From: an uncultured delta proteobacterium
GTDB lineage: Bacteria; Myxococcota_A; Polyangia; Polyangiales; Houyiibacteriaceae
Assembly: GCA_963753395.1 (NCBI GenBank)
Contig: CAVWBW010000008.1
Span: forward strand, 206,511-270,510
Direction of reading: 5' to 3'
DNA length: 64,000 nt
Shown: positions 1 to 8,543 of the stretch, piece after piece
Numbering within the stretch: the stretch's first letter is position 1
Layout of the letters: each line of letters begins with the position of its first letter
Program-made: the position numbers and the translations under genes
Notes under the pieces: model-generated
What the model saw: only the letters and a program-made list of their open reading frames with translations
Told to the model about the DNA's origin: nothing
Databases searched by the model: none

Positions 1-635
1 AGGTTGCTCACCGAATGGCCAAGCTTCATGCGCAACCGACGCACGTGGATGTCGACCGTGCGGCTGCTGCCATAGTAGTCCACGCCCCAGACCCGCTCGA
101 GGAGTTGCCGGCGCGAGAAGACCCTCCCACGGTTCTGGCAGAGGAAGCTCAAGAGCGCGAACTCCTGGTGGGTGAGCTGGCGCGGCCGTCCGTCGATGGT
201 GACTTCATGGGCGGCGAGGTCGATACAAAGGGGGCCCATCTTGATCCGCTCTTGCTGCGCGAACTCGCTGCGGCTCCACTCGACCCCGCGAATGCGCATG
301 TAGAGCTCTGCAGGAACGTACGGCATCAAAGCGAAATCATCGAACCCGTCGCCCACATCGAGGCGGGTCAAGGCGTTCACGGTGATGCCAATGATCACTG
401 GCACCTCCTGCAGGGCTTCGGCGGCGCGAACCCGCACGAGCGCGGCGCGCCCCGCGTCGGCCTCGTCTCCAGCCTCGATCAGGACCGCGGCAGGTGGGTT
501 GCTGACGAGCTCCTCCGTGTTGAAGCGATCCCAGAGGTTGGCGGTCTGCACCTCGCAACCGAGCTCATGGAGGCACGCGACCGCGCTGCCCTCACGCTCC
601 TCTACGCCCTCACGGCCTATGACCAAGATCCACAC
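1..635 (-). CDS. OmpR/PhoB-family response regulator with degenerate receiver domain (3' end runs off window start)
   Basis: Not in the ORF track because there is no stop in the window. Reverse-strand reading from GTG at 635 (in-frame TAG just upstream) gives WILVIGREGVEEREG... The C-terminus reads QLTHQEFALLSFLCQNRGRVFSRRQLLERVWGVDYYGSSRTVDIHVRRLRMKLG, the winged-helix trans_reg_C signature. Plus-strand ORF 15..845 is its antisense shadow. Confidence 0.8.
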   Translation of the reverse strand, partial: MWILVIGREGVEEREGSAVACLHELGCEVQTANLWDRFNTEELVSNPPAAVLIEAGDEADAGRAALVRVRAAEALQEVPVIIGITVNALTRLDVGDGFDDFALMPYVPAELYMRIRGVEWSRSEFAQQERIKMGPLCIDLAAHEVTIDGRPRQLTHQEFALLSFLCQNRGRVFSRRQLLERVWGVDYYGSSRTVDIHVRRLRMKLGHSVSN

Positions 636-729
636 CGGCGAGTCCTACCCCGCTGCCCATCGGAATGCCAGCCGCGGATGCGACTTCCTCAACAATCCCA
701 GGTATCATGGAGCGCAGTAACAGGATCTC

Positions 730-2046
730 GTGGCAACGAAGTATTGGAAAGTCGAAATCAGTCGGCTCGGCGCGTCGGACCCGCTGTTTCTCGGGATCGT
801 CGAGGCGGCGACCTGGCCAGCGGCCCTGAAGGCCGGCCGTACTGAGCTGGGTGAGTCGGGCGGCGTACCGGCCGGCGCGAGCTGCAACGTGAACCCGAAT
901 GGCACGGTCACGATTCAGGACGGGCGTGAACGACGTCGGTATCAGATCCTGCCAGCCAGCGAGCCAGCACCGCCCCCCGGAACCAAGCGGCCTGTCGCGA
1001 GCGTCCCCGAGATGCCCGCGCCAATGCCCGTGCCCGTGTCCGCGCCAGTGCCAGTGCCCGTGCCAGTGACCGCACCGGCGGTTGCCCCAATTCCGGCTCC
1101 GACGTCGCTTGCCGCTACCAAAGCCCGCACGCCGCGGCCGAGTGCCCCGCCTCCAGACACGGTCGAGAACAAGTTGATTCTGCTGGCGGCGCGGGAGGAG
1201 ACGCCGAACGCGTCGAGCCCGATTCATTTCCGTGAGCGGATGTACGCAGTTCCCGTTCCCTTCGAGGCTGGCACCGGGGAAAAGCTCGCGACCAAGCTTC
1301 TTCGTCGGGTTCAGCAAGAAATCAAAGAGGCGCGGGGGCCAAAGTTCGTGCGCATCGAGCTCTTCGACCACATCTGGAAGACTGCGCCGGCGCAGCCCGC
1401 GGTGGTTCGGCTCGAATGGAAAGACTGGAACACCAGCATCGAGATCGAGTTTCCACTCGAAGACGAGACCCGGCACTCCGAAGCGCCGAGGATCAGCAGT
1501 GTGCCACCGCCTCCCACCGAGGACCGACTCGGTGCTGCGTTTGAGGCCTGTCACGACCTTCTCTTTCTGAAGAACCGGGCCGAAGCATTGGAGTTCGCGG
1601 TGCACCTCCTCGAGGAGCTCGTCCCGAGCGACGCGAGCGCAGCGTTCTTGCTCGACGTCAACACGGATGAGTTCCGGCTCGTCGCCGCCCGAGGCACTGG
1701 TGCCCATGCCCGCCAAGGCAAAGCGTTTCCCTCGTCGGCCGGCCTCCTCGGCGCCGCGAGTGGTCTCGCAGAGCACGCCGTCCTCGTGCTCGCGGATGCC
1801 GCGGCCGATCCTCGCTACGACGAAAACATCGACGGCGTCCCCGGACTAGACACTCGCCCCCTCCTCTACCGTCCGTTGGTGCACAAGGGGCGATTGTTCG
1901 GACTCCTGCAGCTCGCAAGAGGGATCACCGGCGAAATGTTCACCGAGGCCGACTGCGAAGTCGTCGACTACGTGACGCAACAGCTGAGCATCTTCGTTGC
2001 AAAGGGAGCCTCGATGCCAAGAGTCGCCGCGGCGAACGAGGCTTGA
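730..2046 (+). CDS. GAF domain-containing protein with Pro-rich linker
   Basis: ORF track 730..2046 (GTG start), divergent from the response regulator. The C-terminal ~150 aa (LLDVNTDEFRLVAARG...LLYRPLVHKGRLFGLLQLARG...EADCEVVDYVTQQL) reads as a GAF fold. A central PVPVSAPVPVPVPV linker is present. Confidence 0.6.
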   Translation: MATKYWKVEISRLGASDPLFLGIVEAATWPAALKAGRTELGESGGVPAGASCNVNPNGTVTIQDGRERRRYQILPASEPAPPPGTKRPVASVPEMPAPMPVPVSAPVPVPVPVTAPAVAPIPAPTSLAATKARTPRPSAPPPDTVENKLILLAAREETPNASSPIHFRERMYAVPVPFEAGTGEKLATKLLRRVQQEIKEARGPKFVRIELFDHIWKTAPAQPAVVRLEWKDWNTSIEIEFPLEDETRHSEAPRISSVPPPPTEDRLGAAFEACHDLLFLKNRAEALEFAVHLLEELVPSDASAAFLLDVNTDEFRLVAARGTGAHARQGKAFPSSAGLLGAASGLAEHAVLVLADAAADPRYDENIDGVPGLDTRPLLYRPLVHKGRLFGLLQLARGITGEMFTEADCEVVDYVTQQLSIFVAKGASMPRVAAANEA

Positions 2047-2104
2047 GACCGCTCACCTCAGACCCAAACCTCAGACCCCGTGCGCTGCACTACGGCCTCA
2101 TGCC

Positions 2105-2614
2105 TCAGTCTCGAGCCTCAGGCGTTTTCTCAGCCAAAAGAGTCTTGACCTTCGCCTCGATCCCCTCGGCATCCTTCGTCCGAAAGCCTTCGTGCACATA
2201 CCGGAGCTTGCCGTCGCGGCCGATGAAATAGGAGGTCGGCACCGTCGAGGGCTCGTATCGCTGTGCAATCGTGATCTTCGGGTCAGGGACGATGCGGAAG
2301 CCGACCGGAGCGCTCTTGAGGAAGCCGTTCATCTTCTTCGAGCTGGTGTCGATGTTCACCCCGACGATGACCAAGCCTTGATCGGCGTATTTCTCGTGAA
2401 GCGACTGGAGGACGGGCATCTCCTGCTTGCAGGGGCCACACCAGGACGCCCAGAAGTCGACGAGAACGACCTTGCCTCGGAGCTCTTTGAGGTCGACCTT
2501 CTCGGCGTTTCGATCCGGCATGTCGATCGGCGGCGGCTCATCGCCTTCCGATAGCGCCGCGGCCGTCGAGACGACGAGCAGCGCAGCCGCCACGACCGGA
2601 AGGGAGCGCCTCAT
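2105..2614 (-). CDS. TlpA/ResA-like thiol-disulfide oxidoreductase (thioredoxin fold)
   Basis: WASWCGPCKQEMP CxxC thioredoxin motif. Start trimmed to ATG 2614 (MRRSLPVVAAALLVVSTAAA signal-like N-terminus), which removes the overlap with the upstream gene. Confidence 0.85.
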   Translation of the reverse strand: MRRSLPVVAAALLVVSTAAALSEGDEPPPIDMPDRNAEKVDLKELRGKVVLVDFWASWCGPCKQEMPVLQSLHEKYADQGLVIVGVNIDTSSKKMNGFLKSAPVGFRIVPDPKITIAQRYEPSTVPTSYFIGRDGKLRYVHEGFRTKDAEGIEAKVKTLLAEKTPEARD

Positions 2615-2645
2615 GAAGCTGCGACCCGCACGGCCGCGGCGCGAT

Positions 2646-3539
2646 TCACTGATCGAGCTCTTCGCGAACATAGGGGCCGAGTTGGTCCGGCGAGAAGACG
2701 AATCGACGATCGTTCACGTAGATCGACGGCGTGGAGTCGACGCCCGCCTTGTGACCTTCAGCGATGTCCGCTTCAATCTTCTTTTCGGTTTCCTTGGACG
2801 CCATATCTGCTTTGAAGCGCTTCAGGTCGAGGCCGATCTTCTTCGCATACTCGTCGAAATTCGCGGTCTGCAGCCTGTCCTGATTCTCGAAGAGCACGTC
2901 GTGCATCTCCCAGAACTTCCCTTGCTTCTGCGCAGCCACCGTGGCCTTCGCCGCCTCCCGCGCCCTCGGATGCCCGGGCAAGGGGTATTGCTTGAACACG
3001 AGCTTCACCTTGCCGTCGGACTCCTCAACGACCTTCTTCAACATCGGTGAGGCGATCTTGCAGTGGGGACATTGGAAGTCACTGAACTCGTAGAGAGTGA
3101 CCGGAGCCATGGGGGAGCCAAGCAGAGGCGAATCTGCAGCGGTAATCCCGGTGACTTTGGTGTCCTCGCTGTAGCGGATCCGGAAGACGTCGCGAATCTC
3201 GTCGCGTGAATAGCCTTCGTCCACCAGCCGGGCCACGTACCTGGCGGCCGGTACACACTTCGTGCAGGCCCGCCCCTCGGAAATGCACCTGGCCACGCTG
3301 ACCGGCTCCCCGCAGGGCGACAACAGCTCGTTGACCATGTCGACCCAGATCGACTCCGAGAAGTCATCGAGCGCGCTGGTGTCGACCTGCGGAAGGCTCC
3401 GAATCGGCTCCTTCTGGGCCTTGGGCGCAGGCTTTGCTTCCGCACTGCCCCCTTGTTTCGGGCCGCTGTCGGCTTCAGTCGAACGTTCGCAACCGAGCAA
3501 CGCCAAAGCGAAGGTTACGCAGAGTACCAAACAGCGCAT
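2646..3539 (-). CDS. DsbA-family thiol:disulfide oxidoreductase lipoprotein
   Basis: FSDFQCPHCK active-site motif and a DsbA-like C-terminal half. Start trimmed to ATG 3539, giving MRCLVLCVTFALALLGC (lipobox). Confidence 0.8.
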   Translation of the reverse strand: MRCLVLCVTFALALLGCERSTEADSGPKQGGSAEAKPAPKAQKEPIRSLPQVDTSALDDFSESIWVDMVNELLSPCGEPVSVARCISEGRACTKCVPAARYVARLVDEGYSRDEIRDVFRIRYSEDTKVTGITAADSPLLGSPMAPVTLYEFSDFQCPHCKIASPMLKKVVEESDGKVKLVFKQYPLPGHPRAREAAKATVAAQKQGKFWEMHDVLFENQDRLQTANFDEYAKKIGLDLKRFKADMASKETEKKIEADIAEGHKAGVDSTPSIYVNDRRFVFSPDQLGPYVREELDQ

Positions 3540-3582
3540 GAGAATGCCGATCCTAGCAGAGATTCCGTGCAACGCCGTGGCG

Positions 3583-3837
3583 CTACGACTCGCTATACGT
3601 GACGAGCTGACCCTTGACGATATCCTCATTGATGCCTGTGCGGATGTACTCCTTGAGGCAATCGGCAATCGTCACCATCAGGTCATCCATTCCATTGTCT
3701 TCGATCAGCCGCGACAGCAGGGCGCGGGACTCGCGGCTGTCTTCATCTCGCAGGAACTTCCGGACTTCTTCAATGGTGATGCCCCCCTGGAAGTCGATGT
3801 AAGCGTTTTCCATTAGGTAACGCGCAAGCTCGTTCAC
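3583..3837 (-). CDS. small hypothetical protein (84 aa)
   Basis: Tail of ORF 3583..4137. A GTG at 3837 is preceded by GGAGGG at about -5 (ATG 3813 is the alternative). The sequence NELARYLMENAYIDFQGGITIEEVRKFLRDEDS... has coding-like composition; no family recognised. Confidence 0.45.
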   Translation of the reverse strand: MNELARYLMENAYIDFQGGITIEEVRKFLRDEDSRESRALLSRLIEDNGMDDLMVTIADCLKEYIRTGINEDIVKGQLVTYSES

Positions 3838-3968
3838 ATGACCCTCCGTCTCGTGGTGATTTGGCCATCTATTAGACACCCGATCGCCCAAACGGCAAGC
3901 GATAAAGGGCCGCAAACACGCGGGAACCCGCTTTTCCGGACCCCCAGCTCGTGCAATCGTGGCCGAGA

Positions 3969-4367
3969 ATGGAGCCGAGAACCCACCTAAGCGTAGATCC
4001 CACGTTGTGCGGAGACGCGGTCGAGCTCGGCGAAGGCTCCGCGGAGGTCGCCCTGCAGACGACCGAAGCCATGGTCGTCGACACCCTGGGCCTCGTGCAT
4101 GGCGGGTTCGTCTTCGGGCTTGCCGACTACGCCGCAATGCTCGCCGTCAACGATCCGTACGTGGTGCTGGCTGGTGCACAAACCCGCTTCCTCAAGCCCG
4201 TGCAGCGGGGCTCGCGGGTGGTTGCGCGCGCGCGGACCGTTGCGACCAGCGGCCGGAAGCATGAAGTTCGCGTCGAGGCGACCGTTGGCGCGGATCCCGT
4301 CTTCGAAGGAATGTTCACCTGTATCGTCCTCGAGCGACACGTGCTCGAGTCAGTTGGGAGCGAGTAA
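3969..4367 (+). CDS. PaaI/hotdog-fold thioesterase
   Basis: [20 protein letters not shown] and a hotdog-like length. Start is ATG 3969 or 3951. The stop overlaps the next gene's start (TAATG). Confidence 0.7.
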   Translation: MEPRTHLSVDPTLCGDAVELGEGSAEVALQTTEAMVVDTLGLVHGGFVFGLADYAAMLAVNDPYVVLAGAQTRFLKPVQRGSRVVARARTVATSGRKHEVRVEATVGADPVFEGMFTCIVLERHVLESVGSE

Positions 4368-6115
4368 TGGCAAGCGATGGCGGAGCGATCGTCGGAGAGA
4401 TCCTCGCATCGAGAGGCGTCGGGCATCTGTTCACTTTGTGCGGCGGACACATCTCACCGATCCTCGTTGGCGCCCAAGCGAACGGCATCAAGATCGTCGA
4501 TGTTCGCGATGAGGTCAGCGCCGTGTTCGCGGCCGACGCGGTCGCGCGCATGACCGGCGTGCCAGGTGCGGCCGCGGTCACCGCCGGCCCAGGTGTGACG
4601 AACACGGTCACGGCGCTGAAGAACGCCCAAATGGCGCAATCGCCCATCATCCTCTTTGGCGGCGCTGCGGCGACTCTGCTCAAAGGGCGCGGCTCTCTTC
4701 AGGACATCGACCAGATCTCCGTACTCCAATCGATTACCAAGTGGGCTGTCGCGGTGAAGAAGGTCCGCAGCATCGGCCCGACCGTCGAGAAGGCCCTCGA
4801 TATCGCTCAGGAAGGAGTTCCGGGGCCGGTGTTCGTCGAGCTGCCGGTCGACCTTCTCTACTCGGAAGAGATGGTGCGCGAGATGTTCATGAAGGAGATG
4901 AGCGGCCAAGGAGGCCAGACCCTCGGCGGGAAGGCGCTCGAGCTCTACATGCGCGGTCACCTCTACCGGCAATTCAACCAACCCCACGTCAGCATCGTGC
5001 CACCGATGCGCGAGTCCCTTCCTCCCAAGCCGAGCAATCGAAGCCCGCACGTGGAAAAGGTCGCGTCGCTTCTGCAGAAAGCAGAGCGGCCGGCACTGGT
5101 CATCGGGAGCCAGGCGCTCGTGAACACCAGCAACCCGTACCCGATCGCCGAGGCTGTGCAGGCGCTCGGAGTTCCCACATGGCTCGGCGGCATGGCGCGC
5201 GGTCTGCTTGGCCGGCGGAGCGACATTCAGTTCCGGCACAAGCGGAGCGCGGCCTTGAAAGAAGCCGACCTCGTCATCGTCGCAGGCTTCCCCTTCGATT
5301 TCCGGCTCGGGTACGGACGGGCCATCTCGAGCCGCGCAACCTTGGTGGCGGCAAACCTCAGCGCGAGCGAGATGCGCAAGAACCGCCGACCGGAGATCCC
5401 GGTCCACATGCACGCCGGCGAGTTCCTGCGCGAGCTCTCGAGCGTAGCTACGGGAAGCCTGGGACCATGGAGCGATTGGTTCGACACTCTGCGCGAACGC
5501 GAAAGAGGGCGCGACGCCGAGATCGCCGAACAAGCAAAGACAGCCTCGGACCTCGTGAACCCTCTGCAGCTCTTCCAGCGCATCGAGGAGAAGATGTCGG
5601 ATGACGCGGTGCTCGTCGTCGACGGCGGCGATTTCGTCGCAACCGCATCGTACATCCTACGGCCGCGCAAACCGCTTTCGTGGCTCGACCCCGGCGTTTT
5701 CGGCACGCTCGGCGTCGGCGGGGGCTTTGCCGTGGGGGCTTCACTGGTGAAGCCAGGCAAGGAGGTCTGGTTGATCTACGGCGACGGTTCCTGCGCCTAC
5801 AGCATCGCGGAAATGGATACCTGCGTTCGCCACGGTCTCGCACCCATCGCGGTCATCGGGACGGACGGGTCGTGGGCCCAGATCGCACGCGAGCAGGTCC
5901 CCATGCTTGGCACCGACGTAGGAACGGTCCTTCGGAGGACTGCCTACCACGACGTCGCACAAGGCTACGGGGCCGCAGGGCTCTTCTTGGACGACCCATC
6001 TCGCATCGATGCCGTGCTCGATGAAGCGAAGGCGCTCGCGGCTTCGGGCAAGCCCGTCGTGATCAACGTACACATCGCGAAGACCGAGTTCCGCAAGGGC
6101 TCGATCTCGATATAG
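4367..6115 (+). CDS. thiamine-pyrophosphate enzyme (acetolactate synthase / 2-hydroxyacyl-CoA lyase / oxalyl-CoA decarboxylase-like)
   Basis: N-terminal TPP-pyrimidine domain ([17 protein letters not shown]...[31 protein letters not shown]). C-terminal TPP-binding region ([13 protein letters not shown]...[10 protein letters not shown]). Confidence 0.85.
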   Translation: MASDGGAIVGEILASRGVGHLFTLCGGHISPILVGAQANGIKIVDVRDEVSAVFAADAVARMTGVPGAAAVTAGPGVTNTVTALKNAQMAQSPIILFGGAAATLLKGRGSLQDIDQISVLQSITKWAVAVKKVRSIGPTVEKALDIAQEGVPGPVFVELPVDLLYSEEMVREMFMKEMSGQGGQTLGGKALELYMRGHLYRQFNQPHVSIVPPMRESLPPKPSNRSPHVEKVASLLQKAERPALVIGSQALVNTSNPYPIAEAVQALGVPTWLGGMARGLLGRRSDIQFRHKRSAALKEADLVIVAGFPFDFRLGYGRAISSRATLVAANLSASEMRKNRRPEIPVHMHAGEFLRELSSVATGSLGPWSDWFDTLRERERGRDAEIAEQAKTASDLVNPLQLFQRIEEKMSDDAVLVVDGGDFVATASYILRPRKPLSWLDPGVFGTLGVGGGFAVGASLVKPGKEVWLIYGDGSCAYSIAEMDTCVRHGLAPIAVIGTDGSWAQIAREQVPMLGTDVGTVLRRTAYHDVAQGYGAAGLFLDDPSRIDAVLDEAKALAASGKPVVINVHIAKTEFRKGSISI

Positions 6116-6120
6116 CGAAC

Positions 6121-7968
6121 ATGGCCACCTGGCGGCAGCGGCGGAGAGCACAGCGGCGTCTGAAGGATCGGGTGGCCCTTTGGTACCACCCTCAGTATCG
6201 CGTCGAGGAGCTCGGAGAGACCGCACGCGTGCCCGGCGTCGAGGTGGCCCGCGGCGAGAAGATCCTCGGCTCGTTGGCCGCCGAGCGCTTGTTGAAACCG
6301 AAGCAAGTCCGCCCGGCACCCCTGGTTGCACTGAGCGATCTCGCCAAGGTGCACTCAGACCGCTACCTCGAACGAACGGCACAACCGGAGTATCTCGGTC
6401 GCATCTTCGGGCTAGAGGCGCACGACATCGACGTCGACCCTGTGTTGATCGCCCAACGACGACAAGTCGGCGGCACGGTGGAAGCCGCAACGTGGGCGTT
6501 GGGACGCACCGATCGCGTCGGGTTCAACATCGGCGGGGGGTTCCATCATGCCGAGCCCGAGGCCGGCGCTGGCTTCTGCGTCTACAACGATATCGCCGTG
6601 GCAATCGCAACCTTGAGGTCGGACGGGTTCGACGCGCCAATCGCGATCATCGACCTCGACTACCATCAAGGCAACGGCAACATCGTCGCGTACGAACACG
6701 ACAAGAGCGTATTCACGTATTCGATTCACGGCTCGGTCTGGAGTCACGTCGAGGCCGCCGCAGACTCGCAGTTCTTGTTGTCGACGGGAGTCGATGACCA
6801 AGGCTATTTGCAGGCGCTGCGCGACACCTTGCCCGCGACGCTCGAGGAGGTAGCGCCGGCGATGATCTTCTACGTCGCCGGAAACGACGTTCTTGAGGGG
6901 GACCGACTCGGCGACTTCATGCTCACGCGCAAGGGCGTGCTCGAACGCGATCGCTGCGTCATCGAGCTCGCCCGGAAATACGCTTGCCCCGCAGTCGTCA
7001 CGCTCGGAGGCGGCTACAGTGACAACGCATGGTGCGCGTCGACCGACTTCATCCGCTGGCTGCTCACCGACGAAGCAACCGTCACCGAGGAGCCGCAGAA
7101 GAGCCTATTCGAGCAATACCAACAAATCGCCCAGGAGCTCGATCCGCGCGAGCTCCAGCGGTCGAGCGGAGAGTTCACGATTACCGAGGAGGATCTCTAC
7201 GGCGACCTCACCGGGCCCCGCCACCGGTCGACGCGGATCCTAAACTACTACTCGCGGCACGGCGTCGAGTTCGCGATTGAGAAATACGGGTTGGGCGAAG
7301 CGGTTCGCGCTCGCGGGTTCACGAACTTGCGACTCGAGATCGACCCGGACGACCCCGATCGCCAGCATCTCACGGTGCACGCTACGAAAGGCGGCGAGGA
7401 GCACCTCCTCCTCGACCAAGTGCTGCGACAGGTGAGGCGGCCAGCGCCGGAAGGGCTCGAGCCGCCGGAAGCCCTGCACTTTCTCTACATCGAGTGGATG
7501 ATGCTTCAAGACCCGACGGCCGACTTCTCACTTCGGAATCCCCAGTGGCCCGGCCAAGACCACCCAGGCCTCGGGGTCGGCGAGCCAACGATGCTGATGC
7601 TCTTCCAGGCAGCGCAGCGACTCGGCCTCGACGGCTTGGCGCATCACCCCTCGCGCTACCACATCGCCTTCATCGGCGGTGGTCAGTCCTTCTTTTTGGA
7701 TCCGGAGCTGCAGGGTCGCTTCGAGGCCATTCGGGAGGTCCTCGGCCCACTCGATCTCAGCGATGCGGCATGGAAGATGGAGCGTGGCGAGGTGTGCTGG
7801 GGCGACGGGGAACGAGTCGAGTGGCTGCCCGAGGACTTGGTCGTGCCTGCAAGCGAGCGCTTCTTCGCGTACCTCGGGTCGCGCTACTATCAGGAGCCGC
7901 GGGCGGCGGCTCTCGAAGCCGCACGTGCGCGAGGCATCGTGCTAGAGCCAACTCAACGCACGTCGTAG
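6121..7968 (+). CDS. histone deacetylase-family (Zn deacetylase) protein fused to a ~290-aa C-terminal domain of unknown function
   Basis: GGGFHHAEPEAGAGFCVYNDIAVA and IDLDYHQGNGN HDAC motifs lie in the first ~320 aa. The remainder (FLYIEWMMLQDPTADFSLRNPQWPGQDHPGLGVGE...) is not recognised. Confidence 0.8.
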   Translation: MATWRQRRRAQRRLKDRVALWYHPQYRVEELGETARVPGVEVARGEKILGSLAAERLLKPKQVRPAPLVALSDLAKVHSDRYLERTAQPEYLGRIFGLEAHDIDVDPVLIAQRRQVGGTVEAATWALGRTDRVGFNIGGGFHHAEPEAGAGFCVYNDIAVAIATLRSDGFDAPIAIIDLDYHQGNGNIVAYEHDKSVFTYSIHGSVWSHVEAAADSQFLLSTGVDDQGYLQALRDTLPATLEEVAPAMIFYVAGNDVLEGDRLGDFMLTRKGVLERDRCVIELARKYACPAVVTLGGGYSDNAWCASTDFIRWLLTDEATVTEEPQKSLFEQYQQIAQELDPRELQRSSGEFTITEEDLYGDLTGPRHRSTRILNYYSRHGVEFAIEKYGLGEAVRARGFTNLRLEIDPDDPDRQHLTVHATKGGEEHLLLDQVLRQVRRPAPEGLEPPEALHFLYIEWMMLQDPTADFSLRNPQWPGQDHPGLGVGEPTMLMLFQAAQRLGLDGLAHHPSRYHIAFIGGGQSFFLDPELQGRFEAIREVLGPLDLSDAAWKMERGEVCWGDGERVEWLPEDLVVPASERFFAYLGSRYYQEPRAAALEAARARGIVLEPTQRTS

Positions 7969-8090
7969 CGGCGGGCTGCCCTGCGAAGCGATCCGCGGTC
8001 CACGCAAGCATGTCGGCCATGTTCATTCGGGTGGAGTCGTCATGCCCAAAGGCCCGGGAAGACTTCGTATGTGAAGACCCATCTAAGTCT

Positions 8091-8126
8091 TAAAACAGCA
8101 CAGCGCCCCGCTGAGCGAGGCGCTGT
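8091..8126 (-). terminator. rho-independent terminator of rnpB
   Basis: Minus strand reads ACAGCGCC-(11-nt loop)-GGCGCTGT followed by GCTGTTTTAA, immediately 3' of the RNase P RNA. Confidence 0.7.
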
Positions 8127-8509
8127 GGTTAGAGGGTTCGTAAGCCGAGTTCTGTGCCCGCATGCGTCGCCGCGGTGCGGGTCGTGATCATTCTTCTGGG
8201 ACCGATGTCGCCACCGGCCTCGAGCAACACTACCCGGAGACTCGAGCGGACCGCCCTCATGCGCCTCCCTATTTGGTCTTGCTTCGGATGGGGTTTGCCG
8301 TGCGACCGACGTTACCGCCGATCCGGTGAGCTCTTACCTCACCCTTTCACCCTTACCGCGCGGCCTTGCGGCAGCGAGGCGGTTTGCTTTCTGTGGCACT
8401 TTCCTCGGGGTCGCCCCCACCAGGCGTTACCTGGCATCCTGTCCTTCGAAGCTCGGACTTTCCTCCCGTGCGCAGATGCGCACCAGCGATCACGTGAACC
8501 TGTCTAACC
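8127..8509 (-). ncRNA. rnpB: RNase P RNA, bacterial class A
   Basis: The reverse complement contains GGAGGAAAGTCCGAGC, GCCAGGTAACGCCTGG, ACAGAAAGCAAACCGCC, GGTAAGGGTGAAAGGGTG, GTAAGAGCTCACC, AGCAAGACCAAATAGGG and ACAGAACTCGGCTTA. These are collinear with E. coli M1 RNA. The 5' GGTTAGA pairs with the 3' TCTAACC (P1). Ends are +/-5 nt. ORFs 8154..8507 and 8326..8619 fall inside it and are spurious. Confidence 0.93.
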
Positions 8510-8543
8510 GGCTGAGGGTAAGGCTCCGAACCTCACCCCGCAA

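Noticed and set aside
15-1776. Long ORFs 15..845 (+) and 610..1776 (-)
   Set aside because: They are antisense shadows of the OmpR-type regulator and the GAF gene. The products are Arg/Ala/Pro-rich with no motifs, and the opposite strand carries clear domain signatures.
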